Below are positions 1-9,077 of a DNA stretch of 64,000 bases, one piece after another (the stretch's first letter is position 1; each line of letters begins with the position of its first letter). The stretch spans positions 1,120,001 to 1,184,000 of the forward strand of contig CAXXMU010000006.1 of the NCBI GenBank assembly GCA_963667785.2, read 5' to 3'. The translations under genes and the position numbers were made by a program. The DNA comes from Alphaproteobacteria bacterium (GTDB lineage Bacteria; Pseudomonadota; Alphaproteobacteria; UBA828). The notes beneath the pieces were generated by a model, which saw only the letters and a program-made list of their open reading frames with translations, was not told the DNA's origin and searched no databases.

Positions 1-613
1 CGTTGAGCGCCCGGCCGAGCAGCAAGCCCACCAGCTCGTCATGGTCCGAGCCGCAGGCGAAGCGGGCCTCGCCTGCGGTGGCGCCCGGTTCCATCTCGGC
101 GAGCTTGATCAGCCCCCTGGTCACGCCGTCCACGCGTCGCGCCACCTTGTCGTCGGCCTCGCCGGCGGCGGCTGCAAGCCGGTAGCCCCCGCCTCCGGTG
201 GCGGTCGCGCCGATGGTGAGGTCGTTCTTCTTGTCGTAGATGCTCGTGGGCAGCGCCGCGACTTCGGCTCCCGGCGCCTTCTTGCAGGCTTCCAGGAAGA
301 GCCGCTTCACCGCCGCACGGTGCTCGGTCCCGCAGGCGAACGCGAGGCGCGCTGGCTGCCCGGCCGCAGGTGCCATGCCACCCATGGCCGCCATGGCCCG
401 CATCACGAATTCCAGTCGTTCGGCGGTACCTTCCTTCCCGCTGTAGCTGTGCGCGAGAAAGCACGAGGCGCCGCCATCTCCGCTGTTGCGGTAGAGGGAG
501 ATGCTGATGTCGTGGAAGTGCGGGTCCATGGAGACGAGCTCCAACCGCTCCCCGAGCTCCAACAGGCGGCCCATCGCCCTCTCGCTGCGCTGGCCCGGCG
601 CCGGCCGGGCCAT
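1..613 (-). CDS. hypothetical protein, 3' end runs off window
   Basis: Frame read by eye (MARPAPGQRSERAMGRLLELGERLELVSMDPHFHDISISLY...), GGGAGGA RBS upstream of ATG at 613, open to the window edge; not in the ORF track because it has no stop. Confidence 0.7.
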   Translation of the reverse strand, partial: MARPAPGQRSERAMGRLLELGERLELVSMDPHFHDISISLYRNSGDGGASCFLAHSYSGKEGTAERLEFVMRAMAAMGGMAPAAGQPARLAFACGTEHRAAVKRLFLEACKKAPGAEVAALPTSIYDKKNDLTIGATATGGGGYRLAAAAGEADDKVARRVDGVTRGLIKLAEMEPGATAGEARFACGSDHDELVGLLLGRALN

Positions 614-683
614 TCCGTCCTCCCGCCAGAATTTCAGATCGGGCAAAGGGAAACAAGGCCACAGCCCCGGATAGCATTGTGGA

Positions 684-1676
684 CTATCCCCAGAGCGCGG
701 GCTCCGGCGGGGTCATCACCGCGCCGTCGTAGCCGAGCCCAGGGCTGCGATCGCGGGCAAGCAGCAGGGGGCCATCGAGATCCACGTAGGCGGCGAGGCC
801 CGCCAGCAGCGCTGCCGGCGCCATGGCGAGCGAGGTGCCGACCATGGAGCCCACCATAATGCGAAAGCCCATGGCCTTCGCGTCTGCCGCGAGCGCGAGC
901 GCTTCGGTGAGGCCGCCGGCCTTGTCCAGCTTGATGTTGATCATTGGGTAGCGGCCCTCGAGGCGCGGCAGGTCGGCGCGGGTGTGGCAGCTCTCGTCGG
1001 CACAGAGGGGGAGCGCGAGACGCCGGTCTTCGAGCGCCACATCCTCGGCTGCGGGCAACGGCTGCTCCACCATCTCGACGCCCAACGCCGCGAAGGCCGG
1101 CAGCAGCTCGTCCAGCATGGGCGGCGTCCAGCCCTCGTTCGCGTCCACGATCAGCCTGGCGTGCGGGGCGTTCTCGCGGACGGCGCGGATGCGCGCGAGG
1201 TCGCCTTCGCCGGTGACCTTGAGCTTGAGCAGCGGGAGCGCGGCATGCCGGGCTGCGGCCGCGCCCATCCGCGCCGGCGTGTCGAGGCTCAGCGTCACGG
1301 CGGTGACGCAGGGCTGCGGCGCCTCGAGGCCTGCCAGCGCCCAGGCGGCCCGGCCGGTCTGCTTCGCCTCCAGGTCCCAGAGCGCGCAGTCGAGCGCGTT
1401 TCGGGCGGCGCCCGGCGGCAGCGCACTCTGCAGGCCCTCCCGGTCGAGCCCCGCTTCGACGGCCGCGCGCACGCCCTCGATCTCGTCCCGCGTGCCCTCC
1501 GGCGTCTCGTCGTAGCGGGGGTAGGGGACCGCTTCCCCGCGGCCCCTGTGGGGTCCGTCGCAAATCTCGACGACGACGGTGCGGGCCTCGGTCTTCGCCC
1601 CGCGGGAGATGCGGAACGCGCCCCTGAGCGGCCAGGTCTCGAGGCGCACGTCGAGCCGCCTCCCCACCGCTGCCAC
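684..1676 (-). CDS. dgcA: dipeptide epimerase / N-acetyl-D-Glu racemase (enolase superfamily)
   Basis: KLK, DANEGW, EQP, ADES, NIKLDKAGG and DLDG motifs; adjacent to DUF1611 gene. Confidence 0.85.
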   Translation of the reverse strand: MAAVGRRLDVRLETWPLRGAFRISRGAKTEARTVVVEICDGPHRGRGEAVPYPRYDETPEGTRDEIEGVRAAVEAGLDREGLQSALPPGAARNALDCALWDLEAKQTGRAAWALAGLEAPQPCVTAVTLSLDTPARMGAAAARHAALPLLKLKVTGEGDLARIRAVRENAPHARLIVDANEGWTPPMLDELLPAFAALGVEMVEQPLPAAEDVALEDRRLALPLCADESCHTRADLPRLEGRYPMINIKLDKAGGLTEALALAADAKAMGFRIMVGSMVGTSLAMAPAALLAGLAAYVDLDGPLLLARDRSPGLGYDGAVMTPPEPALWG

Positions 1677-1679
1677 GCT

Positions 1680-2690
1680 CTAAATGAGGCGGTCGGCGAT
1701 CGCGCCCACGCCGGTGCGCATCGGATCGACGCAGGGGAGGCCATGGGCCCGGCCGAGGTCCGCCAGCAGCGCCTCCGCCTCCGCCTGGCCAAGCGCCTGG
1801 GTGTTGACGCAGAGGCCTGCGCAGACGACGGCCGGATTGGTGAGCCGCGCCGCTTGGAGGTTCGCCTCGATGCAGGCGCCGAGCTCGGGCAGCGGCCATT
1901 CCGGCAGGCCGCGCATGTGGGTCCGCGTCGGCTCGTGGCAGACCACGATCGCATCGGGCTGGGCGCCGTGGATGAGGCCGAGCGTCACACCGGCGTAGGA
2001 GGGGTGGAAGAGCGAGCCCTGCCCCTCGACGAGGTCCCAGTGATCGGGCTCGTTCTCCGGCGTGAGCCACTCCGTGGCGCCGGAGATGAAGTCTGCCACC
2101 ACCGCATCGACCGAGACGCCCTCGCCGGCGATGAAGATGCCGGTCTGCCCGGTGGCGCGGAAGCTGCAGGCCACGCCGCGCCGGCGCCATTCGGCCTCGA
2201 GCGCGAGCGTGGCGTACATCTTGCCCACCGAGGCGTCGGTGCCCACCGTGAGCAGCCGCTTGCCGGCCCTCTTGGTGCCCGTGCCCACCTTGAAGGCCTG
2301 CGGCGGATGGCGCGCGTCGAAGAGCCGCCGACCCCGTCTCTCGGCCGCCTCGCGCACCGCCGGCAGATCGCCGAGGCGCACGTGCAGCCCGCTGGCGAGG
2401 TCGAGGCCGGCCTCGAGCGCGGCGACGAGGGTGTCGATCCAGCTATCCGAGACCACGCCGCCCGCATTGGCCACGCCGACGATGAGGCTCTTCGCGCCCT
2501 TGGCGGCGGCCTCGTCGACCGTCATCTCGGGAAGATCGAGGCGGGCGTTGCAGCCCGCGAGCCTGATCTGGCCGAGGCACCACTCCGGGCGGAAGACGAA
2601 GACCCCGCGCGCGGTCTTGGCGGCGAGCTCGTCCCGCGCGTCGCCGAGGAAGAGCAGATAGGGAGGGTCGATCTGCGGCCTGGTGCTCAT
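1680..2690 (-). CDS. dgcN: DUF1611 family D-Glu N-acetyltransferase
   Basis: TVGTDASVGKM, RATGQTG, VEGQGSLFHPSY motifs; start MSTRPQIDPPYLLF chosen. Confidence 0.85.
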   Translation of the reverse strand: MSTRPQIDPPYLLFLGDARDELAAKTARGVFVFRPEWCLGQIRLAGCNARLDLPEMTVDEAAAKGAKSLIVGVANAGGVVSDSWIDTLVAALEAGLDLASGLHVRLGDLPAVREAAERRGRRLFDARHPPQAFKVGTGTKRAGKRLLTVGTDASVGKMYATLALEAEWRRRGVACSFRATGQTGIFIAGEGVSVDAVVADFISGATEWLTPENEPDHWDLVEGQGSLFHPSYAGVTLGLIHGAQPDAIVVCHEPTRTHMRGLPEWPLPELGACIEANLQAARLTNPAVVCAGLCVNTQALGQAEAEALLADLGRAHGLPCVDPMRTGVGAIADRLI

Positions 2691-2785
2691 GCTCGGTCCC
2701 GGTGCTGACCGCCGCGAGTCTGGCGAATAGCGGCGGGCGCCGCAAGGACGGGCGGGTGCGGACTGGACGGCAGAAAGGAGCGGCA

Positions 2786-2816
2786 GAAAAGAAGGGAGCG
2801 GCCGAAGCCGCTCCCC
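2786..2816 (-). terminator. intrinsic terminator after porin
   Basis: GGGAGCGGC-cgaa-GCCGCTCCC hairpin followed by T-rich run on minus strand. Confidence 0.75.
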
Positions 2817-2841
2817 AACGTCTCGACGATGTCGAGGATGC

Positions 2842-3861
2842 CTAGAAGGCGAACCAGGTGCCGAGCAGGATCTGCGAGTATCCGCCGCCACCCTCAGGCT
2901 CGATGTTGGCAGCCTGCAGGCCGAGATCGACGCCCGGACCCATGTTGTAGTTGATGTTGAAGGCCGTCTGGGTCGTCGACGCTTCGCCTTGCTCGTTGCT
3001 GCCGTACTGGATGCCGACCATCATCGGGCCTTCCGACCAGGAGATGCCATACGTCGAATAGGTGTTCGTCGTATCGCCGATCTCCTGCTCGTAGATGGCG
3101 CCGCCGATCCCGATCTGGTCGATGCTGACCACGAGGCCGTAGCGCATCCCCGAGGGATCGTCGCCGACATTGCCCGCCGCGTCGGCTTCGGCCGTGTACA
3201 TCTCCGTGCCGATGTTGGCGCTGACGCTGCCGCCACCGACATCCATCGAGTAGCTCAGCGCTGCCGTGATCTGCTCGGAGTTGTGGCCGTCAGCCGTGCT
3301 GTCGCTGGCGTAGGAGGCGGTCGAGTTCTCCGGCGCATAGCTGACCGCGACACCCAGGCCGTTGAAGCTCGGCGCGAAGTACACGATCTTGGTGGAGTCC
3401 TCGTTCATGATGGCGTTGGTCGTCCAGCCACCCATGATGCCGCCGAACCACGGCGACTTGATGCCGCCGATCGCCGCGCTGTTGCCCGGCACCCAGGTAT
3501 CCATCTGCTGGGCCGCGCCCTCGATGTTGCCCATGTGGATCGAGCCGAAGCCGCCGCTGAAGAAGACTTCGCGCTCGTCGGAGTGCTCGTAGTCGTTCGT
3601 GGTGAGCCGCGCACGGACGCCGGCGGTCATGCCGTTGTCGAGCGTGGTCGAGCCGCCGATGTTGAACTCGTTGTTCTGCTGGATGCTGTGACCACGGCTG
3701 TTGTCGCCGGTGTCGGCATTGATGATGGCGGCGGTGTAGTAGCCGCCGACGCTGACGGAGATGGGCTCGGCCATCATCTCGTCATCGGCCTGCGCTACGC
3801 CGATCCCGGCGAAAGCGGCGGCCGCCACGAGAGCCGTCGTCCCCAACAAGACTTTCTTCAT
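2842..3861 (-). CDS. alphaproteobacterial-type porin (copy 1)
   Basis: Signal peptide MKKVLLGTTALVAA, TLDNG and FGSIHMG motifs, KIVYFAPSFNG, C-terminal Phe. Confidence 0.9.
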   Translation of the reverse strand: MKKVLLGTTALVAAAAFAGIGVAQADDEMMAEPISVSVGGYYTAAIINADTGDNSRGHSIQQNNEFNIGGSTTLDNGMTAGVRARLTTNDYEHSDEREVFFSGGFGSIHMGNIEGAAQQMDTWVPGNSAAIGGIKSPWFGGIMGGWTTNAIMNEDSTKIVYFAPSFNGLGVAVSYAPENSTASYASDSTADGHNSEQITAALSYSMDVGGGSVSANIGTEMYTAEADAAGNVGDDPSGMRYGLVVSIDQIGIGGAIYEQEIGDTTNTYSTYGISWSEGPMMVGIQYGSNEQGEASTTQTAFNINYNMGPGVDLGLQAANIEPEGGGGYSQILLGTWFAF

Positions 3862-4038
3862 GACTGATTCTCCTCGCGAGTTAACGTCTGATCCATGCAT
3901 GGTTCCGCGGCAGCTCACCGTGACATCCGGCGCAGTCTGCCGCATCCATGGATGCTACACGAGCGGGCCGTTCTGCCAACCCTCGGCCGCCGGGAAAGGC
4001 GGCGATTCCGTGTCATGGCCGCGCTTTTCCTCCCCGAC

Positions 4039-4056
4039 TGTGGCGAAACTGCCACA
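4039..4056. promoter_or_regulatory. 18-bp imperfect palindrome upstream of porin
   Basis: TGTGGCGAAACTGCCACA; related sites at 25385-25402 and 28366-28383 upstream of the other porin 5' ends. Confidence 0.55.
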
Positions 4057-4067
4057 TGTGTGGGCAC

Positions 4068-5531
4068 TCAGAACTGGCGCACGAATCTGAGCTCGCCGCG
4101 GGTCCGCTCGAAGTCGTGGAGCTGCGCGTTGGTATCCCGCTTCTCGTAGACGAGCGAGACCTCCGGGCTGAAGCCCAGCACCGTGATGCCCCGGTTGTGC
4201 AGCGACGCGCGCAGGCTGCGGGTGCGGTCCACCCGCGCGCCGTTGTCCGGCACGTGCGGGAACCAGCCGCTGCCGTAATCCGTCCGCCGGTACTCGGCGC
4301 CGCCGCCCAGGGTGAAGCCCTCGGGCAGGATCACCGAGACGCCCGCGCCGATGCGCTTGCTCGCGTTGCGCGCCCGCGTGGACGCCGGCCGCTCCCGCCC
4401 GTAGCCGGCGGAGAAATCCAGCCGCAGCGTCGGCGTGATGACCCACCCGGCGCCGAGCGAGAGATCCGCCACCGGGCCGTCGAGCGTGCCCTGCGTGCGG
4501 TAGCGCCGCCCCTGCCACGAGGCGCCGCCGCTCAGCGTCAGGTGCGTATTGAAGCGGTGGCCCACCTCGAGGCGCGTGCCCAGCGCGTGGTGGTCCTTCA
4601 CCGTTCCGGCCCAGCGCTGGCTCGCGGTGGCGAGCACGCTTGCCTCGGTATCCCGGTCGAGCAGCACGCGCGGGCCGAGATGGACCGAGGCGTAGGTCTC
4701 GTCGAAGCGCGAGTGGCTGTACTCCCGCCGCGAGGCGGTGCCGCCGGCGCGGAGCCGCGTCTGCGGCCCGAGCGGCGCCTGGTACTCCGCCCCGCCCCAG
4801 ACCGAGAGGCCGATGCCCGAGGTGACCAGGTCCTCGTCGTCCCGCACGAAGGGGAGGCCGTAGATGTAGATGATCCGCTCGCCCGAGGTGCCGCCGAGGT
4901 TGCTGTCCGGCAGGAGCGCGAGGCCGGCGTTGTAGCTCCAGCGCCGGCGCGCGCGGATCGCCTCGAGGAAGCGCCGGACGTTGGCCACGACGGGCGGCGG
5001 CACGTCGCCCGCCAGCACCCACTCGAAGTGCTCGCGGGCGAGGTCGTCCTCCCCCTGGTGGTAGAAGGCGCGCGCGAGCTCCAGCCGCACCCGCACCAGC
5101 GAGGGGTCGCGGTTGAGAATGACGCGGAAGGCGGCGACGGCGAGGTCCAGCAGGCGCTCCCGCTCCTCCTCCGCAACATCGGGGCCGAGCGCGGTCCCGG
5201 TCGCCGCGAGGCCGAAGAGGAAGAGCACGTCCGTGCGCCGAGGGTGGTCGGGATGGCTCCGCGCCAGCCGCTCCACGATGACCAGCGCTTGCTCGTAGCG
5301 CCCGTTGTCGATCAGGAACCGCGCCGTCTGCAGGCCCGGCAGGTCGCGGGCGGAGGGCGCGGCGGCGTCAGCGGCGTCGGATTCGCCGGCCTCGCCGGTC
5401 TCGGCAACGGGCTCGTCGGCGGGATCGGTGGCGCCCCAGGCGGGATGGACGCAGACCGCCAGAAGCGCGAGAAGCGCCAGCAGCAGGCAGGCGCAGAGCG
5501 CCGGGGCAACGCGGAGAGGGGCAAGGGTCAT
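4068..5531 (-). CDS. Slam-like (DUF560) TPR + beta-barrel outer-membrane protein
   Basis: Signal peptide, RVRLELARA TPR, DSNL barrel entry, C-terminal RFVRQF; next to TbpB-like lipoprotein. Confidence 0.8.
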   Translation of the reverse strand: MTLAPLRVAPALCACLLLALLALLAVCVHPAWGATDPADEPVAETGEAGESDAADAAAPSARDLPGLQTARFLIDNGRYEQALVIVERLARSHPDHPRRTDVLFLFGLAATGTALGPDVAEEERERLLDLAVAAFRVILNRDPSLVRVRLELARAFYHQGEDDLAREHFEWVLAGDVPPPVVANVRRFLEAIRARRRWSYNAGLALLPDSNLGGTSGERIIYIYGLPFVRDDEDLVTSGIGLSVWGGAEYQAPLGPQTRLRAGGTASRREYSHSRFDETYASVHLGPRVLLDRDTEASVLATASQRWAGTVKDHHALGTRLEVGHRFNTHLTLSGGASWQGRRYRTQGTLDGPVADLSLGAGWVITPTLRLDFSAGYGRERPASTRARNASKRIGAGVSVILPEGFTLGGGAEYRRTDYGSGWFPHVPDNGARVDRTRSLRASLHNRGITVLGFSPEVSLVYEKRDTNAQLHDFERTRGELRFVRQF

Positions 5532-5657
5532 CGGGCACCGGGACCGTGAGCGTGCGTCGGGGCGCCAGCATACAGGGCGCGTCAGGCGCGGCAATGGCGA
5601 CGGCAGCCGGGCCGCCGCTCGCCGCCTTCGGAGGCGTTCAGGGGCGGTGGTGGGCGC

Positions 5658-5689
5658 AAAAAAAGAAGGGCGGCACGAGGCCGCCCTTC
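5658..5689 (-). terminator. intrinsic terminator
   Basis: GAAGGGCGGC/GCCGCCCTTC hairpin plus T7 on minus strand. Confidence 0.8.
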
Positions 5690-5723
5690 GAAGCATGTGG
5701 GGTGTGTAGTACCCCGTTCGGGA

Positions 5724-7964
5724 CTAGTCCTTCCGCGCGGCGTAGGCGCCCGCGGCGTCACCGTCCGTGAAGTGGGCGTTGAAGCCGCCGAAGATGCCCA
5801 TCGGCCGCTCGCCGCTGGTACCGTAACTCGTTGCCGACCACACGCCGTCCGCGCCGCTGGCGATCGTCCTGCCTGCGGTCAACGCGCCGGCGGGGGACGC
5901 CGTGACCTGAAGCTCGACCGACCAGCCTCCATGGACCGCGCCACCCTGGAAGTTGTCCACGGTGCCGGCGAGGGTCGGGCTGGCGCCGAAGGTCGCCTTC
6001 AGGCTCACGTCGGCAGTGAACGCACCGGAAGCGATCGTGTTGACCGTGCCGTCCGTGTTGAAGGTCTTGTACACGGACATGCCGGCGGCGCCCCCGCTGT
6101 AGGTGGCCGAGGTATCCGTCAGCGTGGTGGCGTCCGCCCCCGTGTTCACCGTGGTCACGTCGAGGCCGCTGGTGTTGGCTGCGGTCAACGCGAAGGTGTT
6201 GACGTCGGCCGTGGCCGGGTCAGCGCCGTCAGTCGCCGCCACCCAGTGGCCGTAGGTCGCGTACGTGTTCTCCGCCGCGTAGGTGGTGACCCCATCGGTA
6301 GTGGTGCCGAGGTACCACGCCATCGGCGCTGCCGGGGTGAAGTACCAACTGCCGACCAGCTTCTTCATGGTGGTGATTTCATTGCCATCGGCGCCCGTCA
6401 CGGCCTCCACCACGCAGTCGCTGCCCTGGCAGAAGACCAGGCCGGGGATGCCCTTGTAGTTGACGGTGCTGGTGGTCTCCCGAGTGCCGGCCTGGGTGCC
6501 GTCGCTCTCCGTTGCGGTGGGATCGGTCGTCCTGTCGGTCGCGGTCTGGGCGGTGGTGAGGGTCATGCCAGCGATCGACATCGCCCGCACCGCCACCGTC
6601 GTGCCGGTGTCAGCGATCCGCATGTCCATGACGCTGCCGCCGCCGCCCGTAACGATCTCCTCCCAGGTCATGCCCTGGTGATCGTTCATGCTGACCTCAC
6701 CCTCGACGGTATCCGCCGGTGCCGTAGCGCCGTGCGTGCCCCTCGCTCTGCGCCCGTCGGTTTCGGTTGCGTGGGCAGCGAGCGCCCCGCCGATGTCGTT
6801 GGCCACTCTCATGCCGATCTGGGCGGGTGTCGTCGGGTAGCCTTCGGCCTCGGGATCGTCGCCCGTGACCATCTCGACGGCCATCTCGAGCGCGTCGCCC
6901 CCGGCGGCCATCTCGGCCGCCTCGATCGCCGTCTTGGAGTCCGCGATCGCCGCCTCGAGCGCCTTCTTCAGCGCCATCCCGGCAGCGGTGCTGTCGTCGA
7001 CGCCCATCAAGGCGGTCTCGGCATTCCCCTGCGCGGTCTTGGCGGCACGGATGGCGGCGTTCAAGTCGTCACGGGCCTTGAGCACTGCCGCGGCGTTCGC
7101 TGTCGCCATCGCCGAGTCGCCGTTGACGGCCACCGTGCCGAGTTCCATCGACTTCTCAGTCGCGGTCTCGACGGCCGACGTCGCCAACATGCTGGCGCTC
7201 GCGGCCGCGTCAGCCGCGCTCTGCGCCGTCTCGAAACCGCTGACGATCCCCTGCGCGGTATTCCGCTCGCCGGTCAGCGTCGTGATCTGACCTCTCAGAT
7301 CGGCGATCTGCCCCTCAAGGCCCCCGTCCTCCGGATCGCTGGGATCGCCGGAGATCTGCATCTGCAGGGCGTCCCGCTCGTCCGTCAGGTCGCTGATCTG
7401 CCCGTTGAGGCCCGTGGACATGGGATCGCTGGGATCACCCGAGATCTGCATCTGCAGGTCGTCGCGCTCGTCCTCCAGGTCGCTGATCTGCCCCATGAGG
7501 CCCATGTCCATGGGATCGCTGGGATCACCCGAGATCTGCGCCTGCAGAGCCGCGATCTGCCCGTTGAGGCCCGTGTCAGAGGGATCGCTGGGATCGCCGG
7601 AAATCTGCGCCTGCAGGGCGTCCCTCTGCCCCGTCAGATCGGAGATCTGCCCGTTGAGGCCCATGTCCATGGGATCGTTCGGGTCGCCGGAAATCTGCGC
7701 CTGCAGGGCATCCCGCTCACCCGTGAGGGTCATCACCTGGCCCTGGGCCGTGGTCAGAGCGGCCTCCAGAGCGTCGAGGGCTGCCGGGGTGAGATCGCCG
7801 TCCCCGTCGAACGCCTCCTGCAACGCCGCCAAAGCGTCCTCCGCATTCTGGGCGCGCGTGTTCGCGGCATTCTCGCCGGAACTGGAGCAGCCGTACATGA
7901 CGGCCGAGAGGGCGACGATGGAGCACGCCGCCAGCAAACTGCGAGTCAGCTTCGTCTTCTTCAT
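5724..7964 (-). CDS. surface lipoprotein with coiled-coil repeats and TbpB-like C-terminal barrel
   Basis: Lipobox MYGC; C-terminus GIFGGFNAHFTDGDAAGAYAARKD. Confidence 0.75.
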   Translation of the reverse strand: MKKTKLTRSLLAACSIVALSAVMYGCSSSGENAANTRAQNAEDALAALQEAFDGDGDLTPAALDALEAALTTAQGQVMTLTGERDALQAQISGDPNDPMDMGLNGQISDLTGQRDALQAQISGDPSDPSDTGLNGQIAALQAQISGDPSDPMDMGLMGQISDLEDERDDLQMQISGDPSDPMSTGLNGQISDLTDERDALQMQISGDPSDPEDGGLEGQIADLRGQITTLTGERNTAQGIVSGFETAQSAADAAASASMLATSAVETATEKSMELGTVAVNGDSAMATANAAAVLKARDDLNAAIRAAKTAQGNAETALMGVDDSTAAGMALKKALEAAIADSKTAIEAAEMAAGGDALEMAVEMVTGDDPEAEGYPTTPAQIGMRVANDIGGALAAHATETDGRRARGTHGATAPADTVEGEVSMNDHQGMTWEEIVTGGGGSVMDMRIADTGTTVAVRAMSIAGMTLTTAQTATDRTTDPTATESDGTQAGTRETTSTVNYKGIPGLVFCQGSDCVVEAVTGADGNEITTMKKLVGSWYFTPAAPMAWYLGTTTDGVTTYAAENTYATYGHWVAATDGADPATADVNTFALTAANTSGLDVTTVNTGADATTLTDTSATYSGGAAGMSVYKTFNTDGTVNTIASGAFTADVSLKATFGASPTLAGTVDNFQGGAVHGGWSVELQVTASPAGALTAGRTIASGADGVWSATSYGTSGERPMGIFGGFNAHFTDGDAAGAYAARKD
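7290..7715 (-). repeat. five intragenic ~30-aa repeats (LQxQISGDPxDPxDxGLxGQI)
   Basis: Visible in translation and in DNA (gggatcgctgggatc recurring). Confidence 0.9.
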
Positions 7965-8189
7965 GGCTTCGAGGCTCTCCTCAGTCTGAAGAGGCCTCGT
8001 GTTATTCCCGGAGGCCTCGGTTGGTGAACGTTGCGGCCGTCAGCGTAAATGACGACTCGGGCAGGACTATAATAATCCGCTGATATCAGTGGTTTATCCC
8101 CGAAGTGCGGGGATCACACGCCCGTTGAAATTGCAGGGAATTTCAGACGGCGCCCCGCACCTAGCGCGCGCGACCGGCGGGGCGTTGCC

Positions 8190-8639
8190 ATGTTGCAACT
8201 GATCAATCGCCTCTTCCACTTCGAGCGGAGCGACGGCAACGGCGCGACGGCGCGCTACCTGCATCGGTGGACGCTTCTGCGGCTGTGGGGTGGCCGAGCG
8301 GTCTACCTGCACCACTTCGTCGGCTCGGACTGGTCGCGCGATCTGCACGACCATCCGAAGTCGTTTCTCTCGATCGGCCTATGGGGCTCGTACATCGAGG
8401 AACGTCACGGCCGCCTCGGATGGCGGCGCGATGAGCGTGGGCGAATCGTGCGCCGCCGGTACCGTGCGCCCTGGGTCCGGTGGTTCCCGGCGACCCACAT
8501 CCATCGCCTCGACGTGCCCCACAACTGCTGGACGCTCGTGATCGTCGGCAAGCAGTGCCGCCAGTGGGGCTTCTACACCGCCGAGGGGTGGAACCCCTGG
8601 GATGAATACGTCCGGCTGCATGGAGGGAAGAAGCCGTAA
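8190..8639 (+). CDS. phage-type hypothetical protein (cupin-like)
   Basis: YLHHF..SD..RDLHDHP and HIHRL His-rich motifs; TTG start. Confidence 0.6.
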   Translation: MLQLINRLFHFERSDGNGATARYLHRWTLLRLWGGRAVYLHHFVGSDWSRDLHDHPKSFLSIGLWGSYIEERHGRLGWRRDERGRIVRRRYRAPWVRWFPATHIHRLDVPHNCWTLVIVGKQCRQWGFYTAEGWNPWDEYVRLHGGKKP

Positions 8640-8959
8640 TGGCTGAAGCACCGGCGCGACCCCGCATCCATCATTTCAACGGCACGTGGGGAGAGGAGCA
8701 ATGCGGCCGCTGCCAACTTGCCTCGCCCACCGAATACGTCCGCGCCGACGTCGCCGACGAGCACAAGCGGCAGAGGGATGCGCTGCTCGAGGCGACGCGG
8801 GCGCTCCTGGCGAGTGCCTTGCCCGAAGAGCACTGCCACGCCTGCGATTACTCCATCGAAGGGTCGGGGGTGCGGTACACGCTGAAGCATGAGGACGAAT
8901 GTCCTGTGCCCAGAGCCCGCGCCGCCATCGCCGCGTGCGAGGGGACGGGCGATGGCTGA
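8639..8959 (+). CDS. hypothetical protein
   Basis: Coupled start/stop overlaps, CxxC motifs. Confidence 0.55.
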   Translation: MAEAPARPRIHHFNGTWGEEQCGRCQLASPTEYVRADVADEHKRQRDALLEATRALLASALPEEHCHACDYSIEGSGVRYTLKHEDECPVPRARAAIAACEGTGDG

Positions 8960-9077
8960 GCGGTTTACCAAGTCCGCGCAGATCCGCATGTGCGGCAACA
9001 GCGTCTGCCCGCCGATGGCCGAGGCGTTGGTCCGGGCGAACATCCCCGTGAACGCAGAAGCGAGGGCGGCCGCATGA
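8952..9077 (+). pseudogene. C-terminal fragment of C5-cytosine DNA methyltransferase
   Basis: QIRMCGNSVCPPMAEALVRAN resembles motif X of C5-MTases; only 41 aa. Confidence 0.7.

Noticed and set aside
8040-8190. Prophage attachment site at the host/accessory junction
   Set aside because: No matching direct repeat, tRNA end or integrase found in the window
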